A stretch of DNA of 64,000 bases from a virus (Duplodnaviria; Caudoviricetes). Shown in pieces: positions 7,501 through 16,476 of the stretch (the stretch's first letter is position 1; every line of letters begins with the position of its first letter). The position numbers were made by a program, and so were the translations under genes. The stretch is taken from positions 32,001 through 96,000 of IMG/VR virus record IMGVR_UViG_3300037851_000671; one strand, given 5' to 3'. The notes below the pieces were generated by a model. It was not told the origin of the DNA. It did no database searches and was given only the letters and a program-made list of their open reading frames with translations.

Positions 7501-9878
7501 GTGCAATTTCTGCTTCCACTTTTGGTTGGTCTTTGGTTGGTGGAAATTACACGGGAATAAGCAACACCGGAGCTAGTTTCTCTGGATCGAGTGCGTTATC
7601 AACAAACGGATCAAACATTACACTAACGTCTGGAATATCTCCAGATGGGTATCCGTCAGCTACATTAAATATTTACGGTGGTAGAACAGCAACCAGAGAT
7701 GGTTATGTTGGAATAAATTCCTGGCTTAAGATTGAAAGAAAGGCAGCCCCAACGGGTTTGGTAAACGTACTATATGCAAAATCTGCAACTAATGAACTGC
7801 ATTGGATTGATAACGCAGGAACCGATAATATCATATCTCCACCTGTAAGCATGCCAACCGGAACAGCTGCTCAAGTTCTTCAATACAACAACTCTTCTGT
7901 TCTTACAGCGCAGTCGATGTTGTATGCGTCTTCGACAACGATTACAGCAGCGCCAACACTTGGGTTTATCAGAGGTGCAGGTAGCGATGTTATCATTGGT
8001 GCTAAAATTGGAGCAAACAACTTCAACGCACTGAGCCTTGATGCTGGAACTACATCACTGTGGCTGGGCTCTACTGCGGCAGCTGGTCCTACATATTTGA
8101 AACTAGGATCGCCAAGCAATGTACAATTGCAGGTTGGTAGTACCAATGCAATTCAGATTGATACATCGAACATAACCATGGTGGGAGCTGATGGAAATAC
8201 AGGGGGAAGTATCTCTCTTAGTTCTGGCGCTAGCTCTTCCATGAACACAACCAAAGCATCTATTACAATTGTTCCTGCTAATAGCGGAACCACAGCAAAT
8301 ACAAATGGTCAGGTTGGAGTAACTGGCGCTATTGTACATGCACCAAACGTTTGTCAAAAACCAATGCCAGGAGATGGGTCTACGGCTTTTTGGTGGAAAC
8401 TTGATGAGCTTGGTGCTGCTGGAGCTGTTCCAACTGCATGGGCAAGCTCAGGTACGCAAAACGTCAATTTGATAAAAGTGGGTGGAGCTGTAGCTGTTGC
8501 TCAAGGAATTCATGGTAACTGTTTATCTTTTACAGCGGCAAATGCTGCTGTAGTTTGGAACAACCTAAACCAGGCTATAAGTTCGGCGATTACGTTGTCG
8601 TTCTGGATCAATCCATCAACGTTTATTGCTAACACGTATTTTGTCACCAAAGACTACTGGTCAGAGTTTACCTATAGCAAAGGTGGTTTTTATGTTGGTT
8701 TTTCGAGCAGCGCAACTGATAACTGGACAATTTCTGTAACTGATAATGGTGGTGGAACACACACATATGCATCATCAAATTTCGCTGTTCGTAATTTGCC
8801 AATAGGAACCTGGAGTCATGTTGCTATTAGCGTGGATAGCGTTGCTTTGTCTGTGTATCTTAATGGTAAATTGATATACCGCACAACAACCGGATACACA
8901 TTGGGTTCTAGTGGTGGTTGGCATCTTGGAGGTTTGTTGTGGGGTGATGGAACTGTAATGGCAAGCACCTGCTTCACTGGTTTGATTGATGATGTCAGGG
9001 TTGATAACACTGTCAGATCTTCAAAATACATTGCTGACCTGTACAACTCAGCTTTTGGAACAGCTCAAATATACGACGGAATTTACTCACCAGATGCAAG
9101 CACTTATCTCAGGTGGATTTTTAATGAAACCGGAACACCATGGAAACATTCTGGTTTCTATGGAGGCGCTCTTGATTTGACTGTTGGACAAGGAACTGTA
9201 GACGTTGCGCCTGGATTGTTTGTAAATTCTGTACGTACATCTATTGGGAGTTTGAAAACAGCTGATACATCTGTAAACCCAGGCAATACGTTCACTATAT
9301 CTGCTTGGGTAAATCTGAGTGCATATTCTGTGGTCGATCAACTAGCCAACCTGTATAGTATCATAATATGTAAAAACTATAGACCTGTTACCGATCCTAA
9401 TCCTTGGGCATCGCCATTTGCATCAATATACATAGCACTTACTGGTGCTATGGATGGCAGTTGGGAAATTAGATTGATTACAGGATCTGGTGTAGCGAAC
9501 CTTTTTAGCATTGGTGGTGCAAATGTAATACCGCTGAACACTTGGTGTTTGATATCTCTTACATATGATGGGTCTATTGTAAAGGCTTATCTTAATGGAA
9601 ATCTTGCGGCGAGTATGTCGGCCACCGGCAACGTTGACTATGGTACAAATGGCCCATGGATGGTTGGCGGAAGGCTGACCGGTGGTAACTGGGGTAGTAA
9701 CGCTCAATACTTTGATGGTATGATTGATGATGTAAGGGTTGAGACAACTGTACGTTCAGAGGCTTATCTCAAAGCAATGTACCAGAAGGGTTTTGTTGGA
9801 ATTACGTATGTTGATGTTCAGGGTAGGTTGGTATATCAATCACCAAACGGAAACATAACTGTACTTGGGGCTGGTTGA
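4518..9878 (+). CDS. Large modular fibre protein: collagen-like GPT repeats, three ~85-aa repeats, two C-terminal LamG/concanavalin-A-like domains
   Basis: GPTGPTGATG stretches; repeats GYAG.TS..SF...RIRVAS..TP.D..EG...HTDW at about 4686, 6096 and 6405; two domains with T.S.W.N, W..vAis.D, FdG.IDDVRv. ATG start probably 4524. Confidence 0.8.
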   Translation: MIMTTNRQTVIVPDEVTYPDGYVVTYDLVSQSFVPKAPITSYGPTGPTGATGPIGLGYAGLTSNTSFASSDTGTKILTTNLSSIQTSFGVGTRIRVASAATPTDFVEGIIASFGGSLLSFTIDYNSGSGTHTDWNISVAGQVGSTGPTGATGPTGATGATGATGYGNYDLNNLYPNVIQDPTGFATRTTSKVTLDVGNKTLIIDPVGGSTFDYYIMGIKYTVGTKSVAWTAVEGSHFFYLDSSSNLVHTTDPTVWAACILGTAGAPVWFLAWDNTNSKILRSIEERHGTQLPGSIHSYLHTYLGTQWKSGGALANFTISTGAADSHAQFSVDDVVIADEDLQRSITNAASQVLSTVAQLPVFYLSGTIASPVFRFKEADTFPFIQSGSAGYTGANGRIAYNENTGANWVLTEVPVNDNYVLSHIIATPAPDGYTPIMAVLGQTFYTTLANATTGATTEAGSLQGLVSLMSTEYKILGTVIYQTNSGYGNTVKARVVAPSTGGNYVDFRASKFNNSTTQGAAGPTGIGYAGFSSATSFASNTTGPISITTNFANTATAFAVGDRIRVASLATPTDFVEGIVTAFSGTSLTFTSDLTSGSGTHTDWVIGIAGQQGTTGPTGPTGATGATGIGYAGLTSSTSFVASSVTPVSPATITTNLASTASAFAVGERVRVASAGTPADYAEGPISSFSGTTMVITWDFGAGSGSAHTDWTISATGVRGSTGPTGPTGPTGPTGATGATGPLVPLSTILGVGDTTDGNDIYLTGTDRLLTDAGYLAKSGGSIRLNGKDGIPGQDGYSVYIRSGDSIDGYAGIAITLSAAVSGSYAGGLNLYTGNFGSYGKAASANINNASSGQSAYWYITSGGFGSDTDAVFQLGSSSASNSYGWKLAGGTFGGSGNGTGATLEAKAVTSSYGSEIYISTGGTTDGYPGTSMSLWKAQNGLNAGGFNLYTGDFGSFGKAASAVIDGASATQSAYWFLSSGGFGTHSGSTFQLGRAISASTFGWSLVGGNYTGISNTGASFSGSSALSTNGSNITLTSGISPDGYPSATLNIYGGRTATRDGYVGINSWLKIERKAAPTGLVNVLYAKSATNELHWIDNAGTDNIISPPVSMPTGTAAQVLQYNNSSVLTAQSMLYASSTTITAAPTLGFIRGAGSDVIIGAKIGANNFNALSLDAGTTSLWLGSTAAAGPTYLKLGSPSNVQLQVGSTNAIQIDTSNITMVGADGNTGGSISLSSGASSSMNTTKASITIVPANSGTTANTNGQVGVTGAIVHAPNVCQKPMPGDGSTAFWWKLDELGAAGAVPTAWASSGTQNVNLIKVGGAVAVAQGIHGNCLSFTAANAAVVWNNLNQAISSAITLSFWINPSTFIANTYFVTKDYWSEFTYSKGGFYVGFSSSATDNWTISVTDNGGGTHTYASSNFAVRNLPIGTWSHVAISVDSVALSVYLNGKLIYRTTTGYTLGSSGGWHLGGLLWGDGTVMASTCFTGLIDDVRVDNTVRSSKYIADLYNSAFGTAQIYDGIYSPDASTYLRWIFNETGTPWKHSGFYGGALDLTVGQGTVDVAPGLFVNSVRTSIGSLKTADTSVNPGNTFTISAWVNLSAYSVVDQLANLYSIIICKNYRPVTDPNPWASPFASIYIALTGAMDGSWEIRLITGSGVANLFSIGGANVIPLNTWCLISLTYDGSIVKAYLNGNLAASMSATGNVDYGTNGPWMVGGRLTGGNWGSNAQYFDGMIDDVRVETTVRSEAYLKAMYQKGFVGITYVDVQGRLVYQSPNGNITVLGAG
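6681..6721 (+). repeat. Perfect 9-nt tandem repeat (actggacct x4.5) encoding collagen-like TGP
   Basis: Read directly from the sequence. Confidence 0.9.
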
Positions 9879-10578
9879 GGGTAATATGTCGAAAGGTATA
9901 AATAACGCAAAAATATACAGCGGAGAGTTTAGAACATCTATATACAGGAATGGAAGTGGTTCGGCAATTCCAGATGCTATAACCATACAATCAATCAACA
10001 TGAAACAGTTACCAGTAGCGATTACTGATTTCTGTCATGTGTTTGTAGATTCGATCATCATGTTCAACATCTATCCTGGTGGCAGCACTGGTTCTGACGC
10101 TACCCATCACAACTTTGCAAGCTACTCTGGTGGTATGCAAAAAAGCGTAAAGCTGAACTATGATCCAATACTCCCATACCCTTTCTCAAAGAACAGCTCA
10201 TTTTCGGCATCTCCAACCAAGTTCCTTACCTATAGGCAGGGAAACACAAGACTAGATCCTGATATGTCATTCCAGGTAAGAACAACATCTGGTACTGACC
10301 TTTCGATATGGAGTGCATACTATGCTGTGCCAGACCCTGCATTGACGTTTTCTTCAGCTAACATCAATGGTGAAACACAGTCACGCGTAGACTTTTGTAA
10401 CATATGGGGAGTCGTTGGTATTGGTAATACGGAGATTACAAGGGCCGATCCTAATTCAATCAATGTCAATTGTGCTATGTTTGCAAATGCTGTAAATGGA
10501 AACGTCTCTGCACTGATAAACTATTCGTGTGTTTCTAGGATAGTGGTTGCTCAGCCAGATTTGTACGGGATAATATGA
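9865..10578 (+). CDS. Hypothetical beta-rich protein, possibly a fibre partner
   Basis: 237-aa ORF coupled to the fibre gene; likely start ATG 9886. Confidence 0.5.
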   Translation: MGLVEGNMSKGINNAKIYSGEFRTSIYRNGSGSAIPDAITIQSINMKQLPVAITDFCHVFVDSIIMFNIYPGGSTGSDATHHNFASYSGGMQKSVKLNYDPILPYPFSKNSSFSASPTKFLTYRQGNTRLDPDMSFQVRTTSGTDLSIWSAYYAVPDPALTFSSANINGETQSRVDFCNIWGVVGIGNTEITRADPNSINVNCAMFANAVNGNVSALINYSCVSRIVVAQPDLYGII

Positions 10579-11378
10579 AAGCAAGAAAGATCGTTGTCAT
10601 TTGCCCTTTCTCCAGACCTGAGTTTCAACAGAATGTTTTTGATAATTTCACACAGCAAACGTTCCACGGAAAAGAACTTGTTATTGTTGAGAATGGTGAG
10701 TCTGTTGGGAAATGGAAGCTACCAGCCACTCAGATTTTGAACTCTAACAAGCACCAAGCATCGGCAAAAAACACAGGCCTGCTCTATGTTGGCGAAAAGT
10801 TTCCAGACGCTTTGTGGACAACTTTCGATGATGATGACTACTACGGACCAGGGTACTTGGAAGAGCTAGCGGAAAATTCAGACAAGGCAGATGTAATTGG
10901 AAAAGCAAACATTTTCATGAAATCAAAAAGCGGAAAGCTTAGGTTCATAGACATCTGTAGAGAAAACGAATACTCAAATTACTTGTGGGGTTGTTCCATA
11001 TCTTCGTGGGTAAAAGATATCAATTTCCCATACACAGGGGTATGGGGAGAGGATAACACTTGGCTTGATATCGCTGAATCAAAGGGTCTGAAAATTTACG
11101 CTACATCTAGGTATAATGCATACATAAATAGGTGCCACGAAAGGAACACCTGGAGAACAACAGATCAAAACATAGTTAACACAAGCAATAAAGTTGTTGA
11201 ATATGAGTTTGATATAGATGTTATTAACAACAAAAAACAAGCTCAAGGCAAAGAACTTCAGAGATCTAATGCGTTTGATTTCTCTCATGTTGAGGAGCAA
11301 TTTAATCTTTCTGATTTTGAGAAGTTCATTGACGGGCACATAGAAGGAGAGTTATGGCAAAGATCACATCACCAGTAA
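10575..11378 (+). CDS. GT-A fold glycosyltransferase (GT2-like)
   Basis: N-terminal IVVICPFSRP..ELVIVENG and acidic DXD-type motif TFDDDDYYGPGYLEEL; ATGA overlap with the upstream gene. Confidence 0.75.
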   Translation: MKARKIVVICPFSRPEFQQNVFDNFTQQTFHGKELVIVENGESVGKWKLPATQILNSNKHQASAKNTGLLYVGEKFPDALWTTFDDDDYYGPGYLEELAENSDKADVIGKANIFMKSKSGKLRFIDICRENEYSNYLWGCSISSWVKDINFPYTGVWGEDNTWLDIAESKGLKIYATSRYNAYINRCHERNTWRTTDQNIVNTSNKVVEYEFDIDVINNKKQAQGKELQRSNAFDFSHVEEQFNLSDFEKFIDGHIEGELWQRSHHQ

Positions 11379-11713
11379 CCAACACAGAAATACCAAGTGG
11401 ATACTTTACCGTTACAGGAGAGATAGACGATGCTACAGAGGTAGTTGACGGATATGCGTGGTTGGTGATGGGACGCACTCATTATCATCATGTGATGTGG
11501 CCAAAGGCTAATGTCTCTGGAAATTTCAGTGAGTCAATTTTCGAAGGAGGGGATCCTGGCCCAATTATTTGCAGACTGATGGTAGTAACACCAAGCGTTC
11601 ATGAGAGGTTTATGGATGTTTCTGTAACTGATGCCGGTTTGGAAATACCAGACTTCGTGCAGCTTGACTATGTAAATCTGACAAAAACTGGAGATTTAGC
11701 GCCAAAGCCATGA
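11354..11713 (+). CDS. Small beta-sandwich (Ig-like) hypothetical protein
   Basis: 119 aa, SD gaaggag; AKITSP....I...FTVTGE pattern typical of Ig-like modules. Confidence 0.45.
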   Translation: MAKITSPVTNTEIPSGYFTVTGEIDDATEVVDGYAWLVMGRTHYHHVMWPKANVSGNFSESIFEGGDPGPIICRLMVVTPSVHERFMDVSVTDAGLEIPDFVQLDYVNLTKTGDLAPKP

Positions 11714-11759
11714 TTGTTAGCTAGGCATTCTTCAGTATGAATATGACTCTGCATGAACG

Positions 11760-12569
11760 GTGAACCGCATGAAACTACCAATAGAAGCTAGAATTAAATT
11801 GCTTTGCAAGGTTGTGGGAGATTTCTACAAATACGCCCACACCAACGAGCAAATATTGCCGTCTTCTATTACCTATCGTGTAACAGCGCCTGAAGAAAGC
11901 ACTTTGGTAAAACAAGCCGCCAGACAGGCTGCCTTTGAGTCTCTTAAAAATTCCACATCTAGTTCTGTACGCCAGGACAAGATTACCAAGCTGGCGTTTG
12001 ATACGAGAAGAATTGATCAGGAGCATGATCGCAATCCTCGCCACAACCTACAATATTGGCACAGATCAGATCCGTTCATTGATGACGAAGACCAGAAGAA
12101 GCTTGATATCTTTGCTCGTCTTGGAAAAATCCTTGGGCAACTCAAGGATAAACTCGGAACGGACCCGCAGTGGTTTGAAAGCTATGTTCGTCAGCTACAC
12201 GATAACGTCAATAGGATATTGAGGGTCAAGCAGGCTGACATGGATATTTTCAGGCCTCAGTTGGCTTATCTTGAACAGTTGGTTTATGCTAGATATAGAT
12301 TGACTATGGAGAATCTTGAGAAATTCTCGGATGAGCAGTTGACGGAATCAATCCTGGCCAAGGATGAAAACCTAAACGGCAAGTCAAAGTTTCTCACCAC
12401 GGTATCTAAAGATGAAAAACCTGCGGCGCTGATAAAAGACAGCTTGACCAAAACAACTCAAGATTCTATTGTCAATGCAATTTTCGGCGCTCCAAACTTG
12501 AGAAGGGATGGGGAAAGAACAGTGGAGAGGACAATCACAATTAAAATCGTTGACAGTGTTGTAGACTAA
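11760..12569 (+). CDS. Hypothetical alpha-helical protein
   Basis: 269-aa charged helical ORF; ATG at 11769 is an alternative start. Confidence 0.6.
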   Translation: MNRMKLPIEARIKLLCKVVGDFYKYAHTNEQILPSSITYRVTAPEESTLVKQAARQAAFESLKNSTSSSVRQDKITKLAFDTRRIDQEHDRNPRHNLQYWHRSDPFIDDEDQKKLDIFARLGKILGQLKDKLGTDPQWFESYVRQLHDNVNRILRVKQADMDIFRPQLAYLEQLVYARYRLTMENLEKFSDEQLTESILAKDENLNGKSKFLTTVSKDEKPAALIKDSLTKTTQDSIVNAIFGAPNLRRDGERTVERTITIKIVDSVVD

Positions 12570-12580
12570 AAAGGAGCAAG

Positions 12581-13198
12581 ATGCCACCCGTTGGTTTTGA
12601 GACATGGTTTCCGAAGCAATGTCCCACATCATTCGTGGTGAAAAACATCGCTCCAGGGAACAAAAGAGTTCACGTTTTTCACTATCCTATTGCTAACGGG
12701 ATGGAGCGTGATCTCATGGCCATTCCCTACGTTTCTGAGGCTGATATTCGTCATTCTTTGTTAAAGGGTGAGCTGTATACGAAGCTTCTGTGCCGTGATA
12801 TTAGAGTAACAGAAAGCAACATTGACCTTATTCAATTTGATGCGTGTCACAAAAACTTCCTGCAACAGGCCGGTATAACGATTGGCCTTGATTGTGGTGG
12901 TAGCGGATCTAACGTTAGGTATTTGTTCAGGCAGAATGTACCATTAATTGGACCTTTAAATAACGCCAATAGGGTGTTCATGGTGCCTTACCAAGAGAAG
13001 TTTTTGAACAACAATTTTGATGGTAATGATTTTCGTATAATAGTTGAGCATAACGGAAGGAGGTTGATTGAGAACGTTGATTACACTGTTCTTGAGTCTA
13101 CCCCTGGTTCTGGATATGACTTAATACGAATGGATTCTTTTGTACCAAATACAAGAAGTCATTTGATTGCTGACTACGTAATCGAAAACAGCATCTAA
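12581..13198 (+). CDS. Hypothetical virion protein; N-domain paralogous to 27435..27914
   Basis: SD aaggag; VKNIA...VSEADIRHSLLKGELY resembles ITNIS...YTEEQIRASIASGSIF; C-terminal NGRRLIENVDY module common in phage structural proteins. Confidence 0.55.
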   Translation: MPPVGFETWFPKQCPTSFVVKNIAPGNKRVHVFHYPIANGMERDLMAIPYVSEADIRHSLLKGELYTKLLCRDIRVTESNIDLIQFDACHKNFLQQAGITIGLDCGGSGSNVRYLFRQNVPLIGPLNNANRVFMVPYQEKFLNNNFDGNDFRIIVEHNGRRLIENVDYTVLESTPGSGYDLIRMDSFVPNTRSHLIADYVIENSI

Positions 13199-13207
13199 GG
13201 AGACAAT

Positions 13208-14695
13208 ATGGCATCACGTCAAAACGCACTTGATCAAGAACTAGACATTGCTGGTTCACAACTACAATCATCAACAATGGTTTTGGCTGATGAGCCAAAT
13301 CTTTTGGGATCTCCGGTTACTGGACAAACTGGCGCAGCTGGAACAATTACGGCTGCCTCTGGCGGTATCAGTACAATGGATGGTCTTACCGGTATGACCG
13401 CTGATTCTGTTGGCAAATTCCTGACAGTTTCTGGAGCAGCTAATGCAGGAAATAACGGAACGTTTTTGATAGTTGCGTATAACTCTGCAACATCAGTAGA
13501 CATAGCAAACGTTTCTGGTGTATTTCCAGATGCGAATACAGGGGCTTTGGTATGGACTGAACGCAATCCATATTCTTTGCTTGATGACTTGAATTATGAG
13601 CGTACAGACCGCGCTGCTATCAAAGGTGTTGCGTATTCTGCGGCAATTCCTACATACACACGTCCAACCGCTACAGGAACACCAGTACCAGCAAACCTGT
13701 CAAATATAGCTGGTAAAACAACTGATGCTCAGGCCATTGTTGCCAATCGCAAATTTGAAGACCTTACAATTAATCTTGGTGACACTTATATCACACTAAG
13801 TGATACCGGAAACCTGAAACACGCTGATGCAATAGATAGAACAGGCGTACCAATCTGGGACGGTGCTGACGCTGGTAATTGGGAGGCAACATACTGTGAA
13901 ATCGCATCTCAGCAAGAACAGGAGTTGTTGGTTGTTGGAGGTCCATATGACGGATACAGAATCTTTGGACGTTCAAGGGCGGGGGCTTCTACATCTCCAA
14001 ACTCTGTTGAGGTAGAGTTCTTCTGTGTAAGGCGCGGAGATCCTGTCTCTACAGCTGTTGCTTACACATGGGATGGTTACCAGCCAACTTCGGTTGATAT
14101 CTACTACCCATACCGTACACGACTTGACCAGATGTCAGAAACGGCAATGCGCGTTCTTTTGGTCAATGGTTTGGTGAGCGATGCTGTTACAACAGAGCTG
14201 AATAACATCTATTCAACATTGGGCACAAATTCCACATCAACAAGCTTGGCAGGATTGTTGACCAATCTTGGAGCGTATTACCCATTCTATAACCTACCTG
14301 ACGCATCTCCGTCTGTGGTTGAGGCTTTAAACACTTTGAACGAGCAGATTGGAAACCGTGATTACACCGGACCAATACTCACTGACGGATATACCATTAC
14401 ACAGTCTCTGCAGCAACTTGCTAATGCTATTTCTGGAGCAACATCACAGAGGTACATTGAAAGGCTGGCGGCTTCGATTACAGCAAACACTGCACACACC
14501 CTACCAGGTGGTTTGACATATACACCAGATGGAACGAACAATGGTAAAAATATGTGGGTGTTTACGAGAGGTTTGTTGAGAGATCCGGGCCCAGTAAGCA
14601 GTGGAAATGACTACGCTGAAACAAGCTCAACACAGATAACTTTCTATTCCAAGCTTAATGCTGGCGATCACATAAACTACATCGTATACATCTGA
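13208..14695 (+). CDS. Probable structural appendage protein
   Basis: 495 aa, Thr/Gly/Ala-rich, SD aaggag; NNGTFLI module; C-terminal VFTRGLL..GNDYAETSSTQITF module; 3 DGY. Confidence 0.6.
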   Translation: MASRQNALDQELDIAGSQLQSSTMVLADEPNLLGSPVTGQTGAAGTITAASGGISTMDGLTGMTADSVGKFLTVSGAANAGNNGTFLIVAYNSATSVDIANVSGVFPDANTGALVWTERNPYSLLDDLNYERTDRAAIKGVAYSAAIPTYTRPTATGTPVPANLSNIAGKTTDAQAIVANRKFEDLTINLGDTYITLSDTGNLKHADAIDRTGVPIWDGADAGNWEATYCEIASQQEQELLVVGGPYDGYRIFGRSRAGASTSPNSVEVEFFCVRRGDPVSTAVAYTWDGYQPTSVDIYYPYRTRLDQMSETAMRVLLVNGLVSDAVTTELNNIYSTLGTNSTSTSLAGLLTNLGAYYPFYNLPDASPSVVEALNTLNEQIGNRDYTGPILTDGYTITQSLQQLANAISGATSQRYIERLAASITANTAHTLPGGLTYTPDGTNNGKNMWVFTRGLLRDPGPVSSGNDYAETSSTQITFYSKLNAGDHINYIVYI

Positions 14696-14708
14696 TATAT
14701 GATAGGTT

Positions 14709-14918
14709 GTGCAGAAAGTTGATCTAACATTCACAGAAATAGAACATCCAAGTTTCTGGTGCGATTCAGGACACAGACCACCAGAAACTTGGGGTAAAGA
14801 TCAGAAACCCACTCGCTTTTTCCGAGCTTCTGGAAAGGCCGGTGGGGTTTTCTGTGAGTGTTGTATGATTGTTGCTAATTACGTATCTGACAGACAAAGG
14901 AAAGAAAATGGCATATAA
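14709..14918 (+). CDS. Small putative zinc-binding protein
   Basis: WCDSGH...FCECC; GTG start 9 nt after GATATA. Confidence 0.5.
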   Translation: MQKVDLTFTEIEHPSFWCDSGHRPPETWGKDQKPTRFFRASGKAGGVFCECCMIVANYVSDRQRKENGI

Positions 14919-15297
14919 TGAAGACTTGATAAATTTGAAGAAAAGAGTTGCAGATCTTATATCAGAAGGGATAATCAACCCAAACAGCAAAGATATATAT
15001 GAGTCAACTTTGATTCAGGTTATGAATGACGCTGAGAGGAATCGTCAAACATGTATGACGAGTGCTGAGAATTTGAAGCGTCAGGCCGCTATTCTTGAAG
15101 GACAGGCTGGTGGTTTCGCCTCTGTTAGCAGTTTGATTATAGCTGTTCTAAATGGATTCGTAGCCATTGCTGAAAAAAATAAGAACGAACTGCGTGAGCG
15201 CGAAGCTGAGCGTAAAGCCAATGAAGAAGAGGTATCTGCGGCGGTGTTAGAAGAGAAAATTCCTGCGAAAAGGAAGAGCAAGCACACTGAGAAATAA
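14908..15297 (+). CDS. Coiled-coil hypothetical protein
   Basis: ATG 14908 with aaggaaag upstream; helical, E/K-rich. Confidence 0.6.
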   Translation: MAYNEDLINLKKRVADLISEGIINPNSKDIYESTLIQVMNDAERNRQTCMTSAENLKRQAAILEGQAGGFASVSSLIIAVLNGFVAIAEKNKNELREREAERKANEEEVSAAVLEEKIPAKRKSKHTEK

Positions 15298-15300
15298 GAC

Positions 15301-15311
15301 TAAACCAGCAT
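15301..15311 (+). promoter_or_regulatory. Candidate phage promoter class A, TAN-N4-GYAT (one instance)
   Basis: Ends 6-7 nt before SD-less ATGs at 15318, 27929, 33206, 34857, 45374 (and 52771 as CCAT); further copies at 11718, 16442, 23704, 27166, 28252, 29201, 46218, 46267. Confidence 0.6.
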
Positions 15312-15317
15312 TAGAGT

Positions 15318-16433
15318 ATGTCACAGGATAACCTAATCCGAAAAGAAGACATACTCGATTCTGATTTCCACGATGCCTATGAACTTGGTTCTGATGGGTA
15401 TAGTGTCTATTTCTATGCTGCTAATGTAATATCCACAACAGCTATTACAAAAACAGTAGTAGTATCGGGTATCAATCATTCTGTCCGCGATAACAACGTG
15501 CAGGCAGAGGATAGGGTTTACCTTTATGGAACGTCTGGAGCTGATGGGTATTACACCATTGCTTCAATTATCAATGACACTTCTTTTACAGTCGCAGGAG
15601 AGATACCAAACTCATCTGGCGGATACTGTAACTACATCTATAGATCTGGTTCTTTAAATATTGGGTTTGATCCAACCAATACAAATAACATTACGGCCCA
15701 TAACGTTCAAGAAGCTATTGAGCAGTTGGATCAGGTTGTTACAGCAAACCCAACAGGTCTTGATGGATACAAGCATGCTGAGCTTAGACAGCTGATTCAT
15801 CTTGCTGATGGTGTTGGTGGTCCTTTTGAAGGGTTTACTACAGGTGCGTACAGGGAATACACCGGTTCAATGATATTCCCAACAAAGGTAACTTGGTATA
15901 CAAACCCAACTAAAACCAAGAAAATTGTAGAAAAACAGATAACCTACAATTCAAACCTTGCACCTACTCTAATCATTTGGAATGTGTATTTCAATGATGG
16001 TGTAAACGTTGCAGCTACCGCAACTGATACAATCACAAACTCTGGCCCATTTGAGGTATCTAGAGTTCGTACTATTGTTGACTACAGCGTTGCAAGCGGC
16101 GATCTGACATCTGAGACTCACAAGAGTTTGAGACAATTGATACACCTAGCAGAGGGTGTTGGCGGTCCATTTGAGACGTTCCCAAGCGGTGTTTACAGAG
16201 AGCTGAATCCAGTTGGACCATTCCCGACATCTGTCATTTGGTACATAGATTCCAGCAAACTGCAAAAGATTGTTGAAAAAACTGTCGTGTATAATTCCAA
16301 AAGTGTACCAACACAGATTACATGGAAAGTTTACGACACAAATGGCATTACAATTATGGCCACAGCAATTGACACAATAACATACTATCCTGGTACAGTG
16401 TTTGAGATGTCAAGGTCAAGGAACATCCTTTGA
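15318..16433 (+). CDS. Probable structural protein with a tandemly duplicated ~110-aa domain
   Basis: H..LRQLIHLA(D/E)GVGGPFE...KIVEK...A.A.DTIT occurs twice. Confidence 0.65.
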   Translation: MSQDNLIRKEDILDSDFHDAYELGSDGYSVYFYAANVISTTAITKTVVVSGINHSVRDNNVQAEDRVYLYGTSGADGYYTIASIINDTSFTVAGEIPNSSGGYCNYIYRSGSLNIGFDPTNTNNITAHNVQEAIEQLDQVVTANPTGLDGYKHAELRQLIHLADGVGGPFEGFTTGAYREYTGSMIFPTKVTWYTNPTKTKKIVEKQITYNSNLAPTLIIWNVYFNDGVNVAATATDTITNSGPFEVSRVRTIVDYSVASGDLTSETHKSLRQLIHLAEGVGGPFETFPSGVYRELNPVGPFPTSVIWYIDSSKLQKIVEKTVVYNSKSVPTQITWKVYDTNGITIMATAIDTITYYPGTVFEMSRSRNIL

Positions 16434-16476
16434 GCTATGAATAGTAGGGCATACGAATAGCCATTAAAGGAGAAGG

